Of a DNA stretch of 64,000 bases, positions 30,865 to 51,229 are shown one piece after another. The position numbers were made by a program, and so were the translations under genes. The stretch's first letter is position 1. Each line of letters begins with the position of its first letter. This DNA is from the human T2T-CHM13v2.0 reference genome, Homo sapiens, in NCBI RefSeq assembly GCF_009914755.1, contig NC_060925.1; one strand, 5' to 3'. The notes beneath the pieces are model-generated. The model did not search any database. It saw only the letters and a list, made by a program, of their open reading frames with translations, and was not told the origin of the DNA.

Positions 30865-32448
30865 TGTGTCTGGAATTGGTAGGTTCTTGGTCTCACTGAC
30901 TTCATGAATGAAGCCGCGGACCCTCGCAGTGAGTGTTACAGCTCTTAAGGTGGCGCGTCTGGAGTTTGTTCCTTCTGCTGTTCGGATGTGTTTGGAGTTT
31001 CTTCCTTCTGCTGGGTTCATGGTCTCGCTGGCTCAGGAGTGAAGCTGCAGACCTTCATGGTGAGTGTTACAGCTCTTAAGGCTGCATGTCTGGAGTTGTT
31101 CATTCCTCCCGGTGGGCTCGTTGTCTTGCTGGCTTCAGGAGTGAAGCTGCAGACCTTCGCGGTGAGTGTTACAGCTCATAAAAGCAGCGTGGACCCAAAG
31201 AGTGAGCAGTAGCAAGATTTATTGCAAAGAGCGAAAGAACAAGCTTCCACAGTGTGGAAGGGGACCCGAGCGGGTTGCCACTGCTGGCTGGGGCAGCCTA
31301 CTTTTATTCTCTTATCTGGCCCCACCCACATCCTGCTGATTGGTAGAGCCAAGTGGTCTGTTTTGACAGGGTGCTGATTGGTGCATTTACAATCCCTGAG
31401 CTAGACACAGAGGTTCTCCATGTCCTCACCAGATTAGCTAGATACAGAGTGTGGACACAAAGGTTCTCCAAGGCCCCACCAGAGTAACTAGATACAGAGT
31501 GTCGATTGGTGCATTCACAAACCCTGAGCTAGACACAGGGTGCTGATTGGTGTGTTTACAAACCTTGAGCTAGATACAGAGTGCCGATTGGTGTATTTAC
31601 AATCCCTGAGCTAGACATAAAGGTTCTCCAAGGCCCCACCAGAGTAGCTAGATACAGAGTGTCCATTGGTGAATTCACAAACCTGAGCTAGACACAGGGT
31701 GCTGATTGGTGTGTTTACAAACCTTGAGCTAGATACAGAGTGCCGATTGGTGTATTTACAATCCCTTAGCTAGACATAAAGTTTCTCCAAGTCCCCACCA
31801 GACTCAGGAGCCTAGCTGGCTTCACCCAGTGGATTCTGCACCGGGGTTGCAGGGGGCTGGTGGGGAGGTGCCTGCCAGTCCCGCACCATGCGCCCACCCT
31901 CCTCAGCCCTTAGGTGGTTGATAGGACTGGGCGCCGTGGAGCAGGGGGCGGTGCTCATCTGGGAGGCTCGGGCTGCACAGGAGCCCATGGAGGGGGTGGG
32001 AGGCTCAGGCATGGCGGGCTACAGGTCCCGAGCCCTGCCCTGTGGGAAGGCAGCTAAGGCCCAGTGAGAAGTCGAGTGCAGCGCTGGTGGGCTGGCACTG
32101 CTGCGGGACCCAGTACACCCTCCGCAGCTGCTGGCCCGGGTACTAAGCCCCTCATTGCCCGGGGCCGGCTGCTCCCAGTGCGGGGCCCACCAAGCCCATG
32201 CCCACCCGGAACTCCAGCTGGCCCACAAGTGCCACACACAGCCCTGGTTCCTGCTGGCGCCTCTCCCTCCACACCTCCCTGCAAGCTGAGGGAGCCGGCT
32301 CTGGCCTTGGCCAGCCCAGAAAGGGGCTCCCACAGTGCAGTGGTGGGCTGAAGGGCTCCTCAAGTGCTGCCAAAGTGGGAGCCCAGGCAGAGGAGGCACA
32401 GAGAGTGAGCAAGGGCTGTGAGGACTGCCAGCACGCTGTCACCTCTCA
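30865..32448 (-). mobile_element. Solo LTR12C (ERV9)
   Basis: Minus-strand start TGAGAGGTGACAGCGTGCTGGCAGTCC; tandem U3 repeats with 8 CCAAT boxes; AATAAAAG TATA-like element at 31301-31308; perfect TSD TTAG (30861-30864, 32449-32452) inside L1 ORF2. Confidence 0.95.
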
Positions 32449-35400
32449 TTAGGTTTAAGTCCTTAATCCATCTTGAGTTGATTTTTGTATAAGGTAAGAG
32501 ATGAGGATCCAGTTTCATTCTCTTACATGTGGCTAGCCAATTATCCCAGCATCATTTATTGAAAAGGGTGTCCTTCCCTCACTTTAAGTTTTTGTTTTCT
32601 TGTCAAAGATCAGTTGGCTGTAAGTATTTGGGTTTATTTCTGGGCTCTCTATTCTGTTCCATTGGTCTGTGTGCCTATTTTTACACCAGTACCATGCTGT
32701 TTTGGTGACTATGGCCTTATAGTACAGTTTGAAATCAGGTAGTGTGATGCGTCCAGATTTGTTCTTTTTGCTTAGTCTTGCTTTGGCTATGTGGGCTCTT
32801 TTTTGGTTCTATATGAATTTTAGAATTTTTTTTTCTAACTCTGTGAAGAATGATGGTAGTATTTTGATGAGAATTGCATTGAATTTGTAGATTGCTTTTG
32901 GCAGTATAGTCATTTTCACAATATTGATTCTACCCATCCATGAGTGTGAAACGTGTTTCCATTTGTTTGTGTTATCTATGATTTCTTTCAACAGTGTTTC
33001 GTAGTTTTCCTTGTAGAGGTCTTTTGACCCCTTTGTTTGGTATATTCCCAAGTATTTTATTTTATTTTTGCAGGTATTGTAAAAGGGGTTGAGTTCTTGA
33101 TTTGATTCTCTGCTTGGTCGCTTTTGGTGTATGGAAAAGCTACTGATTTGTGTGCATTAATCTTGTATCCAGAAACTTTGCTGAACTCTTTTATCAGTTC
33201 TAGGAGCTTTCTGGAAGAGTCCTTAGGGTTTTCAAGGTAAATGATCATATTGTCCATAAACAGGGACAGTTTGACTTCCTCTTTACTGATTTGGATGCCC
33301 TTTATTTCTTTCTCCTGTCTGATTGCTCTGGCTAGGGCTTCCAGTACTATGTTGAAGAGGAGTGGTGAGAGTGGGCAATCCTTGTCCTGTTCCCATTCTC
33401 AGAGGGAATGCTTTCAACTTTTCCCCATTCAGTATTATGTTGGCTGTGGGTTTGTCACAGATGGCTTTTATTACATTAAGGTATGTCACTTGTATGCCGA
33501 TTTTGCTGAGGGTTTTAATCATAAAGCGATGCTGGATTTTGTTGAATGCTTTTTCTGCATCTATTGAGATGATCATGTGATTTTTGTTTTTAATTCTGTT
33601 TATGTGGTATATCACATTTATTGACTTGCCTATGTTAAACAATCCCTGCATCCCTGGTATGAAACCCACTTGATCATGGTGGATTATCTTTTTGGTATGT
33701 TGTTGCATTTGGTTAGCTAGTATTTTGTTAAGGATTTTAGCATTTATCTTCATCAAGGATATCAGTCTGTAGTTTTCTTTTTTGGTTGTGTCCTTTCCTC
33801 GTTTTCATATTAGGGTGATACTGTCTCCATGAAATAAATTAGGGAGGGTTCCTTCTTTCTGTATCTTGTGGAATAGTGTCAAAAGGATTGGTAGCAATTC
33901 TTCTTTGAATGTCTGACATGATTCTGCTGTGAATCCATCTGGTCATGGACATTTTTTTGTTGGTAATTTAAAAATTACCATTTCAATTTTGCTGCTTGTT
34001 TTTGGTCTGTTCAGGATATCTAATTCTTCCTGATTTAAGCTATGAGGCTTGTATTTTTCCAGGAATTTATCCATCTCTTGTAAGTTTTCTAGTTTATGTG
34101 CATAAAGGTATTCATAGTAGCCTTGAATGACCTTTTGTATTTCAGTAGTGTCAGTTGTAATATCTCCTGTTTCGTTTCTCAGTAAGGTTATTTGGATTTT
34201 CTCTTCTTCTTCTCTTGGTTAATCTTGCTAATGGTCTATCAATTTTATTTAACTTTTCAAAGAACCAGGTTTTTGTTTCATTTATCTTTTGTATTTTTTT
34301 GTTTTGATTTCATTTAGTTCTGCTCTGATCTTGGGTATTTCCTTTCTTCTGCTGGGTTTGGGTTTTGTTTTTTCTTGTTTCTCTAGTTCCTTGAGGTGTG
34401 ACCTTAGATTGTCTGTTTGTGCTCTTTCAGACTTTTTAGGTACATGTTTAGGGCTCTGAACTTTCCTCTTAGCACTGCCTTAGCTGTATCCCAGAGGTTT
34501 TGATAGGTTGTGTCATTATTGTCATTCAGTTCAAAGAATTTTTAAATTTCCATCTTGATTTTGTTCTTGACCCAATGCTCATTCAGGAGCAGGTTATTTA
34601 ATTTCCATATATTTACATGGTTTTGAAGGTTCCTTTTGGAGTTGATTTCCAGTTTTATTCCACTGTGGTCTGAGAGAGTGCTTGATATAATTTCAATTTT
34701 CTTAAATTTATTGAGGCTCATTTTATGGCCTATCATATGGTCTATCTTGGAGAAGGTTCTATGCGCTGTTGAATAGAATGTGTATTCTGCGGTTGTTGGA
34801 TGTAATGTTCTACATATATCTGTTAAGTCCATTTGTTCCAAGGTATAGTTTAAATCCATTGCTTCTTTGTTGATTTTCTGTATTGATGACCTGTCTAGTA
34901 CTGTCAGTGGAGTATTGAAGTCCCCCACTATTATTGTGTTGCTGTCTGTCTCATTTCTTAGGTCTATCAGTAATTGTTGTATAAATTTGGGAGCTCCAGT
35001 GTTAGGTGCATATATGTGTAGGATTGTGATATTTTCCTGTTGGACAAGGCCTTTTACCATTATATAATGTCCCTCTTTGTCTCTTTTAACCACTGTTGCT
35101 TTAAAGTTTGTTTGATATAAAAGTTGCTACCCCTGCTTGCTTTTGGTGTCCATTTGCATGAAATGCCTTTTTCCACCCATTTACTTTAAGTTTATGTGAG
35201 TCCTTATGCGTTAGGTGAGTCTCCTAAAGGCAGCAGATTGTTGGTTGGTGAGTTCTTAACCATTCTGTGGTTCTGTATCTTTTAAGTGGAGCATTTATGC
35301 CATTTATATTCAATGTTAGTATTGAAATGTGAGGTACCATTGCATTCATCATGCTCTATGTTGCCTGCATACTTTGGTCTGTTTTTTGGTTTTGCTTTTT

Positions 35401-36152
35401 AACTTGTATTTTTGTTTTATAGGTTTTGTGTGCTTTATGCTTTAATGAGATTCTGTTTTGATGTGTTTCCAGGATTTGTTTCAAGATTTAGAGCTCCTTT
35501 TAGCAATTCTTATAGTGGTGGCTTGGTAATGGTGAATTCTGTCAGCATTTGTTTGTCCAAAAATGACCATATCTGTCCTTCATATATGATGCTTAGTTTT
35601 GCTGGATACAAAATTCTTGGCTGATGATTGTTTTGTTTGAGGAGGCTGAAGATAGGACCCCAATCCCTTCTAGCTTGTAGGGTTTCTGCTAATAAATCTG
35701 CTGTTAATCTGATAGGTTTTCCTTCATAGGTTACATGGTGCTTCTATCTCACAGCTAAGATTCTTTCCTTCATCTTAACTTTGGATAACCTGATGACAAT
35801 GTGCCTAGGTGAAGATGTTTTTGTGATGCATTTCCCAGGTGTTCTTTGTGCTTCTTTTATTTGCATGTCTAGGTCTCTAGAAAGACTAGGGAAGTTTTCC
35901 TTGATTATTCCCCCAAATATATTTTCCAAGCTTTTAGAATTGTCTTCTTCCTTAGGAACACCAGTTATTCTTAGGTTTGGTCATTTAACATAATCCCAAA
36001 CTTCTTTGAGCTTTTGTTCATGTTTTCTTATTTTTTTCTTTGTCTTTGTTGGATTGGGTTAGTATGCAGATCTAGTCTTTGAGCTCTGAATTTCTTTCTT
36101 CTACTTTTTCAATTCTTTTGCTGAGACTTTCCAGAGCATTTCACATTTCTAA

Positions 36153-36517
<365 letters not shown>

Positions 36518-39500
36518 TGATTATTTTCCTTTAAGCCATCTATTTCTTTGAATACTTCTCCCTTCATTTCTTGTATCTTTTTTTGGGTTTCCTTGCATTG
36601 GGCTTCACCTTTCTCTGGTCCCTCCCTTATTAACTTAATAACTAACCTCCTGAACTCTTTTTCAGATAAATCAGGGATTTCTTCTTGGTTTGGATCCATT
36701 ACTGGTGAACTAGTGTGATTTTGGGGGGGTATTGACAGGACTTGTTTTGTCATATTACCGGGTTGGTTTTCTGGTTCCTTCCCATTTGGGTGGGCTCTAT
36801 CAGAGGAAAGATCTAGGGGTGAAGGCTGTTGTTCAGATTTTTTTTGTCCCACAGGGTGTTCCCTTCATGTAGTACTCTCTTCCTTTTCCTGTGGTTGTGA
36901 CTTCCTATGAGCTGAACTGCAGTGATTGTGGTCTCCCTTCTGGGTCTAGCCACCCACCAAGTCTACCCTGCTCTGGGCTGGTACTGGGCATTTCTGCACA
37001 GAGTCCTGTGGTGTGAACTGTCTATGAGTTTCTCAGCCATGGATACCAGCACCTGTTCTGGTGGAGGTGGTGGAGGGTGCAGTGGACTCCATGGGGGTTC
37101 TTAGCTTTAGTGGTTTAATGCTCTATTTTCATGCTGGTTGGCCTCCTTCCAGGAGGTGGTGCTTTCCAGAAAGCATCACCTATAGTAGTGTGGAGAGAGA
37201 TCAGTAGTGGGAGGGGCCCTAGAACTCCCAAGATTATATGCCCTTTTGTCTTCTGCTACCCGGGTGTTTAGGGAAGAACCATCAGGTGGAAGCAGGGCTA
37301 GGTGTGTCTGAGCTCAGACTCTCCTTGGGTGGGTCTTGCTGTGGCTGCTGTTGGGGCTGATGGTGAGATTCCCAGATCACTGGGATTGTATACCTAGGAG
37401 GATTATGGCTGCCTCTCCTGAGTAATGCAGGTTGTCAGGGAAGTGGGGGAAAGCTGGCAGTCACAGGCCTCACCAAGCTCCCAGGCAAACTGAAGGGCTG
37501 GTCTTACTCTCACTGTGCCCAAGGAATGTGTTTTATTTTGATTGGCATCTTCTACCAGGTCTGAAGATAAGGCTTTAATGGGTGTCAGTGTTTAAGATTT
37601 AGCAGGACTTGGTTGTGTTCTTCAGACCTAGGAGTCAAAGCCCTGTAACTCAATGTCACAAGTACTTTAAAAGCACATACAGAACAATACATGGATGTAA
37701 TAACCTTAATTAAAAAACATTTTAAAAAAATCTGTTTTTCTAAGCAAACAAAAACTTGATAATAATGGCATATAAATTGTTTCAATAAACCGCAAAATCT
37801 GTTAGGCCAGTTACCAAAAGGCAAAATAAAAGACCTTCTGCACTGCACAGAATATTATATTGGAAGAAAACATTTTCTTTAGACCTTTAAGAAAACATTG
37901 TTAGCATCAGGCCACAACAAACAGAGCTCGAGGAAGAAAACTTACATGAGTTGAAAATGAGTTGAAGTAGAGCATTAGTATTTCATGGCCCTTAAAAGGG
38001 GAAAGAAAATTAAAAATGATATGCAATAAAAGTTAAACTTTGGGTTAAAAAAATTAAAATCTCTTATATATTAAGAGCAAATCAATCCCTTAGGAAAATT
38101 TCATTGTTTAACCAATTATTTAGTGTATAATTTTTTTTACCTCAAGCCAAATATCTAGAAAGACCATTATAATTTCCCTTTAATTACAGACAATTTGATC
38201 ATATAAAAGTTTTTTGTTTTTAAAAAAATCCTCTTATTGTGACATACACAGACCATTCATGACATGCTTGGATTTTTGGCTTTGTCTTAAACATGCCCCT
38301 TTCGTAAACAACCTTGTCATTTTATTTTAGGACTAAATTTACCATACAATTTTTTTTCATTTAAAATTATTTCTCTGTAAGCTTTCTTACCAAAAAAGTA
38401 CCTCTTTTTTTTTCTGTAACTTTTACATCTCTCTTATTTCCTGGTTCTTTTTACCTTGTTTTATAGATAACCTTTAAATAAGCTTTGAATTAGATAAAAA
38501 TTTTTCACTTTTTTGAAAAGGGTATACTTTTTTTAATAAAGAATGTTTTTCTACACTATATTTTTATTGAAAAATACCCAAATAATGAAATATTGATTAT
38601 TTAATTTAATATAACTTTAAATCCTAAATTATGACAAGTTTGTCTAGAAGTATTTATTCTATTACACTTACCTAATTATTTTATTTTAATCATTTACCTA
38701 GATTACTTATGAAAACTGTGGTAGTCATCATTTAAAGTAAGCTTATGGCACCACCATTGCAAAATTATAACTGAGACAGTGAAAAAGATCTGACTTAACT
38801 GACTTCATGTTGCTTCTGACCTCCAGGATATCCTTATTCATTCCTGGGTATAGGCTGCACTAACTTTGGGAGGAACTTAATTGATAGTTTAGCTTTGAAA
38901 CAAAGATGATTCCCAAAACAAACCTCCTTACTGTCTGTGGACTAGACTGCCTAAAGCCATGAGATTAAAAGTTTTGCTAATCTTGCTAAATTCAAGATGT
39001 CCCTACTTTCATTAAACCAATATCAATGTCTTATTTATTAAAAATTACATGAGCAAATATCATTCTGTTTTGACTGCGTTTATAGTTTTGTAACCCTTAT
39101 GCCAAATTTTGACACCTTATAGTATTTGGTAGAGATAAGTATGAAATTGCTTGAATACTACATGCAAATAAAAATGTATGCTGGCAATTCTTAAGACATT
39201 TCTAACATTACTTTAACAATAATTTTAAAGCTAGCTTATGTATTAAAGATTTTACTTAATCATGTAAACTTGAAAAAGTATTTGACTAGTCTTGCTTTTT
39301 TCCTGATAAATTTAACTCAAATGCTTCTATTTTCTTAAGCCACTTAATTTGAGCTCTTTTATATATTTTTACTAGTGAAACATTGTGTACACAACACATA
39401 AATACATAGTCATAGTAGGCATACCAATAGAAATACATCTTGTAGATTCCTAAAACCTCCTTTTTTTTTTTTTTTTTTTCCTATCTTAGACTTGAAAACT

Positions 39501-39728
39501 CTTGGTAACCTGTTTTATTGCCCTGGCAGTTGTCAGCTAAACAGCCCTAAATATGTGTATTGAAGGAAACAACTCTTAAATTAAAAAATCAGGTAGCAAA
39601 TTTGCATGTTAAAGTACAGAGAGAAAATGTCTTGTGGCGCTAGAGAAAAATTAAAGATAGATGCCAAATCAAACATAAAATTATAGAAATGTGTCATAGG
39701 ATTGTATAGGGAGACCAATTTTATTTAG

Positions 39729-40128
<400 letters not shown>

Positions 40129-41662
40129 TTTTTTTTTTTTTTTAAATGAGGACATTTTTAAGTATCTAAGTTACACTCTTCCTTAAAAACCCAGGAGTAG
40201 CCTCTCTTGCAACAACTATTTTAGTCAAAAAATTAGGTAACACAATACAAAATCAAGCAGCTTAAGAGCTGAGACAAACTTGTCTATTTACACTCTTGGG
40301 GTTCCATAAAGAAAAAGAGAGGTTTCTCCCCAGTGGGAGTGTTGTGCCTTCTCCATTTTCTTTAAGGAACTCCAGGCTATTATAAATTATTTTAGGTCTC
40401 TCATGCAGCAGAGGGTGAAAGAGAAAGGAGAGACAGCAGAAGTAAATGAAGAAAACAGTATTCAGTCAACGGAGAAGAAAAAAAACTTTGCTAAATAAAA
40501 GGCAAGTTCTAGGAGAGAAACAAAACAAAAACAAAAGCATGATGGCCTTTTAAATACAAACACATATACACACACATACAGACACTTACCTTGGATGTTA
40601 GCTTAAAAGCTAACTTATTAAGCTGACTTTTAACCACTGAGCTCCTTTAAAAAAATCTTTTAAAATCTCATTACCACATTTCAGCTAGGACAAATTGCTG
40701 CTATTTCAGAAGTACCAAGTATCAAACCAGAAAGGGCTTGATTTAGGAACCAAATCCAGGGTGTCGTGGTGGAAAAAAAGGGGGCAGAACTTTAGCTATC
40801 CAACTGCAGTGTGGGGTGACAGCCATAGTTCTTTCAGTTTGGCCTGGTTAGCAAAAGCCTGGCATTGTTATGTAAATAAAGACCCTTAAGTAGTCAAAAT
40901 AAAAAATCTTTTTTCCCCCTTTTGCTGGCTGTTTTCTCCCCCCCACCACACCACCTTTTTCTGTGTGTGTGTGGGAATTTAGCCACTTCAGAGGTCTTGT
41001 TCCCCATAATTTGGAACTTTCCTTCGGATTTGATCAAGTTGGATAGAGTTGGTCAAGCTCAGTGGGAAAAAGACTGAAACAACGGCAAAAATGTAAACAA
41101 CCAAACAACAACATCAACAAAAACCAGTTAAGCAAAACAAACAATTGCTCAACTTATATGATTACTGAGCACTGTAATGGTAAGGAGAAATTAAGATCAG
41201 CGGGTTGTTAATTTTAACTTTAGCCAAGACAAACCCCAATTCAGTTACTTACTTAGGGATGGGTCTGAGGCAGAAGACTGCTTTCCACCATCCTCAAAGC
41301 AGGAAAAAACTCAAACTTGTCTTTTCTTGGAAGAGAGCTCAAACTCCATAAAGGAATTACTCATCTTCCATCATCATGGAAGCAGGAAAACTTGCCTTCC
41401 TTATGTTGGAAGCAAGTAAAACTAAAAAAAAAAAAAAAAAAAAAGAAAAAGAAAAAGTCATACGGCAAAATAAACTTAAGGTCTCCATCAAATTTTAGGA
41501 GATCAGGGATTTTCTGGAGAGGGTGCTTCCAGGCCTCAGCAAATTGTCCTATTGTCCTTCTGGTTTGAGCAATATAGATAGCTCAGGCTGGTACCAAGCA
41601 CTAACAGGAGATTTGTCAAAGGTCGGGGCACCTTCACTCAGAATCCCTCCATGGTTACAAAA

Positions 41663-43119
41663 TGTGAACCTTGAATATCTGAGACAGATCTCAGTTAATT
41701 TAGAAAGTTTATTTTGCCAGGGTTGAGAGATGCCTGTGACACAGCCTCAGGAGGTCCTGAAGACATGTGCCCAAGGTGGTCAAGGCACAGCTTGGTTTTA
41801 TACATTTTAGGGAGACATGACACATCAATCAACATATGTAAGAAGAACATTGGATCGATCTGGAAAGGCAGGACAACTTGAAGCAAAGGCCAAAGGCAGA
41901 ACAACTTGAAGTGGGGAGGGGACTTCTAGGTCATAGGTAGATAGATAATGTGGGGAAAAGAAAGAGAGATCAGACTGTTACTGCGTCTATGTAGAAAGAA
42001 GTAGACATAAGAGACTCCATTTTGTTCTGTACTAAGAGAAATTCTTTTGTCTTGAGATGCTGTTAATCTGTAACCCTAACCACAACCCTGTGCTTGCAGA
42101 GACCTGTGCTGTGTTGACTCAAGGTTTAATGGATTTAGGGCTGTGCAGGATGTGCTTTGTTAAAAAAGTGCTTGATGGCAATATGCTTGGTAAAAGTCAT
42201 CGCCATTCTCTAATCTCAAGTACCCAGGGACACAACACACTGCGGAAGGCTGCAGGGTCCTCTGCCTAGGAAAGCCAGGTATTGTCCAAGGTTTCTCCAC
42301 ATGTGATAGCCTGAGATACGGCCTGACCATCCCCCAGCCCGACACCTGTAAAGGGTCTGTGCTGAGGAGGATTAGTAAAAGAGGAAGGCCTCTTTGCAGT
42401 TGAGATAAGAGGAAGGCATCTGTCTCCTGCTCGTCCCTGGGAATAGAATGTCTTGGTGTAAAACCCGATTGTATGTTCTATTTACTGAGATAGGAGAAAA
42501 CCACCTTAGGGCTTGAGGTGAGACATGCTGGTGGCAATACTGCTCTTTATTGAACCGAGATGTTTGTGTGCATGCACATCAAGGCACAGCACATTTCCTT
42601 AAACTTATTTATGACACAGAGACCTTTGTTCACATGTTTTCCTGCTGACCCTCTCCTCACTATTACCCTATTGTCCTGCCACATCCCCCTCTCCAAGATG
42701 GTAGAGATAATGATCAATAAATACCAAGGGAACTCAGAGACCAGTGCAGGAGGGCACAGGTACTCCATATGCTGAGTGCAGGTCCCTTTTTCTTTCTTTC
42801 TGTCTTTTCTTTCTTTCTTTTCTTTCTCTATACTTTGTCTCTGTCTCTTATTTCTTTTCTCAGTCTCTCATCCCACCTGAGGAGAAACACCCACAGTTTG
42901 TGGAGGGGCTGGCCCCCTTCAGATAAGAGACAAATGGTTGCATTCTTTTGAGTTTCTGATTAGCTTCTCCAAAGGAGGCAGTCAGATATGCATTTATTTC
43001 AATGAGTAGAGGGATGACTTTGAATAGAATTGGAGACAGGTTTGCCCTAAGTAGTTCCCAACTTGACTTTTCCCTTTAGTTAGTGATTTTGGGGGCCCAA
43101 GATTTATTTTTCTTTTACA
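41663..43119 (-). mobile_element. MER4A1-type LTR (5' LTR of copy B), split by LTR5
   Basis: Reverse complement of 24426-24904 (roughly 90% similar by eye); parts 41663-41948 and 42922-43119. Confidence 0.9.
41949..42921 (+). mobile_element. Solo HERV-K(HML-2) LTR, LTR5A/5B type
   Basis: TGTGGGGAAAAGAAAGAGAGATCAGACTG...GGCCCCCTTCA, 973 bp; AATAAA 42716-42721; TSD GATAA on both sides; start differs from LTR5_Hs (AAAGCAAG). Confidence 0.93.
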
Positions 43120-43532
43120 AGGATAAGACAAAGATAAGAGAAATAACTGCTACAAGACTGAAAGTGAATGCAGCTAAGAAAAGTTGCAGACTGAGGTGGA
43201 AGATTTAGAAAACTGGCCTAATTGGCGTTTCTGAAGTGGAGGCGTGTGGAGGATGGCATCCTGGAGGAAGAGAGCAGTTAGGAAGGACTTGGATAAAGGC
43301 GGTCTCATTATGTCCATCTCTTTGCAGCCTCCCTTCCCTACTCCCATAACCCCAGACCTCTTCAGACACATGGGAATTAATCTTTGCTAAAGGCCTAAAG
43401 ATTTTTTTCCCAAGGAGTCTGAAAGGGAGGCTTCTAGTCTTGCCCTACAGTCCTGTATAACGGAGATCTCTTAGGCAAGTACCAGTGGTCAAGGAGAGCT
43501 GCTATAGTAACTCTGCAGCCCGGGGGTTAGGA

Positions 43533-43741
43533 TCAATGGTATGTTTGAAAGTGTTTAACAACTGGCTTCTCAGGGGAAAAAGTGGGATTTGTAGCATTTG
43601 CCAATTTCTGTCATGTAAATATTAAATACTCCTATGATAGCCAATTTCAAGCTGCTAATGTGACACCAAACCTAGAGTTGGGAAGTGATATACACAATCT
43701 GCTCTTGAGAGCCAGTGCCAGCCTGTTCAGTACACTAATGG
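43533..43741. mobile_element. MER63-like hAT DNA transposon relic
   Basis: Degenerate terminal inverted repeats CAATGGTATG.. / ..TACACTAATGG; internal GGGATTTGTAGCATTTGCCAATTTC. Confidence 0.5.
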
Positions 43742-44890
43742 ACTGGGGGCCATCTACAAGCCTTTTTTTTTTTTTTTTTTACAGTTGAAGTTTTCTATGG
43801 GACTCTTAAAGGAAGAACTAAGACTACTGGGTGGAAGCTTCCAAGAACTTTGGCTTCCACAAATCACACTGCCAAGATGGTCAGGGTATGTAGCTAGTAG
43901 GATCAGGACCTGGGAGTTGACTGAAGCCTAGCCTCTGGCTCTGGTCACATGATGACTTGTTTTTTGCCCTAAAAATGTGGGTGGCTGCCAGATTTCAGCC
44001 AAGGGGTGGAGAGCAGGGTGTATGGAAAATAGATCACGAGTGCTGGGCTATATTTCTGGCAGGAGAAGGTATGTAGGACCTCTGAGGCACAAGCAACATC
44101 CACCCTGCTCATTCTCCCTCTGACTTCCTCTCCCTGCCTGCCAATCCACACTGAGCTCCAGCCCCCTTGCACCCCACCAGCCTTGAGTCATGCCTTCTGC
44201 CACCTCCCTGTCCAGGTTTGTCATCTTCCACAAAGATCAGTGCATTGATAGCTTCCTCTCTCCTCTCCAACCCTTCTGCAGGCCCCACCCCCACCAGCCC
44301 AAGTCATTGCACACATACAGAGGAGGTGATCTTTCTGGACCTCACCTCTGATCACCCTTGTCTCTCTGCTTAAGGCCCTCTCCATGGCCCCCTGCAGCCT
44401 AGAAGACAAAGTTTAGTCTCCTTACCCCTCTATGCTAACCCTGCACTTGACACTCCAGTTTCCTAACATGTTCCTCTCCTTTGTGTTTTCTGCTTGATAA
44501 TGTCTCAGATATCTGCTTCTTCTCTAAACTATGCCCCTCACTTTCACCATATCCAGATTATTGCTTGCTCCTATCTTATGGAAGCTTTGCCCAGGCTAAT
44601 ACCACTTAGAACTTCTCTATGAACTCCCTCAGTATTTCCCAGGCAAGCCCCACTGCTCAAAATGTACCAAGATAATCCCACTTGTCCCTTCCCAGGTTAA
44701 TTTCATTCAGTTTGTCCCAAGCTAACCCCCTAAATATGTTTCAGCCCAATTTAGCCAAGGCTTTCTCATTTTCCCAGGTTTTCCCTAGTATATCACATAG
44801 AAATACTTTGGTTTCAAGCAGCAGAAAACCCAACTCAGATTGAATTTAAACAAAGGCGATTTGTTGGTTCATGTAATTAAGAGTCAAAGC

Positions 44891-46283
<1,393 letters not shown>

Positions 46284-46972
46284 GTGAAAGGTAATTCTAG
46301 CTTCAGGTGAAGCTTGATCCAGGAGTTCAAACAATGTGACTGATATTTAGTTCCTTTTAGTATGTTTCTCAGTTCTGTTGCTATGGTGTTGAGTACATTC
46401 TTGTCTGCCTCTTTCCACATTGATGGCTTCTGAGATTACATGCTCTAGGATCGAATTCAATATTAAAGAGAGAATCTGTTTCAAGATAGCTTAAATTAAA
46501 TACTGGAAATAGATTTCATTCGCCCTGATTGGCTGACTTTGTTCGTGTGCCTATTCTTGAAAGAATCAATTATTGTGGGCAAGATGAATGCAGACTATGT
46601 TAAATAAATATAAGACCATACTGGAGTTGAGGGTGAGGGCAATCTGAATGCACCCAAGGCTTGCAAATTCATGGTACTGGGTGGAAGGGGGAAGCAAGGA
46701 ATGGATGCTGGGGAGTCATTCAACTGACGTCCACTCTACCCACTCAACATCTTCTAGGCTAACCCTATTCCCTTCCCAGGTGAATCCTATGTGGTCCTTG
46801 CCAGGAGCCATGGCTCTTTCATCAGGTGGGAGCCCATTTAGGCTCTCCCTGAAACACTCCATCATATGACCAGGCTGAAACTATGCTGATAAATGAATTC
46901 ACCATCAAGAATGGAATTCTGCTGATAGCTCATCATGTTTCTTTATTCTCTGACTCAAGTGACTTGCTTTTT

Positions 46973-50910
<3,938 letters not shown>

Positions 50911-51229
50911 GACTTGCTTTTTAAATGGTGCACTCAATGTCTCCATCCTATAAAATGAAGCACAAATGTGAAATTTCAGGAAGTGTGACAGACCAATGGA
51001 GAAGACACTTTTGGAGTTCTTTCATTGTACTCTCTTCTTGCTTTCTCTGCCTATGGGTAAGATTGGACATTATGTCTCCCCAGCAGAGGAGGAGGCTTGG
51101 TCTCTTGTGCCAGAGGGGATAAGGCAGCCATGTTGATGGCGTATCATTCTCTGAATTAGAACCTGTGATCTGAGTTCTGAGATTTGAGATCCAAGTCCAC
51201 CTGATTGCTGGTTTTTTTCCTGCCACCTC

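Noticed and set aside
31330-31800. Repeat-spacer-like array resembling CRISPR
   Set aside because: These are the normal tandem U3 enhancer repeats of LTR12; there are no unique spacers or cas genes, and the DNA is eukaryotic.
32019-32452. GC-rich overlapping ORFs / apparent CpG island
   Set aside because: This is the U3 region of LTR12C; the ORFs are stop-poor by composition.
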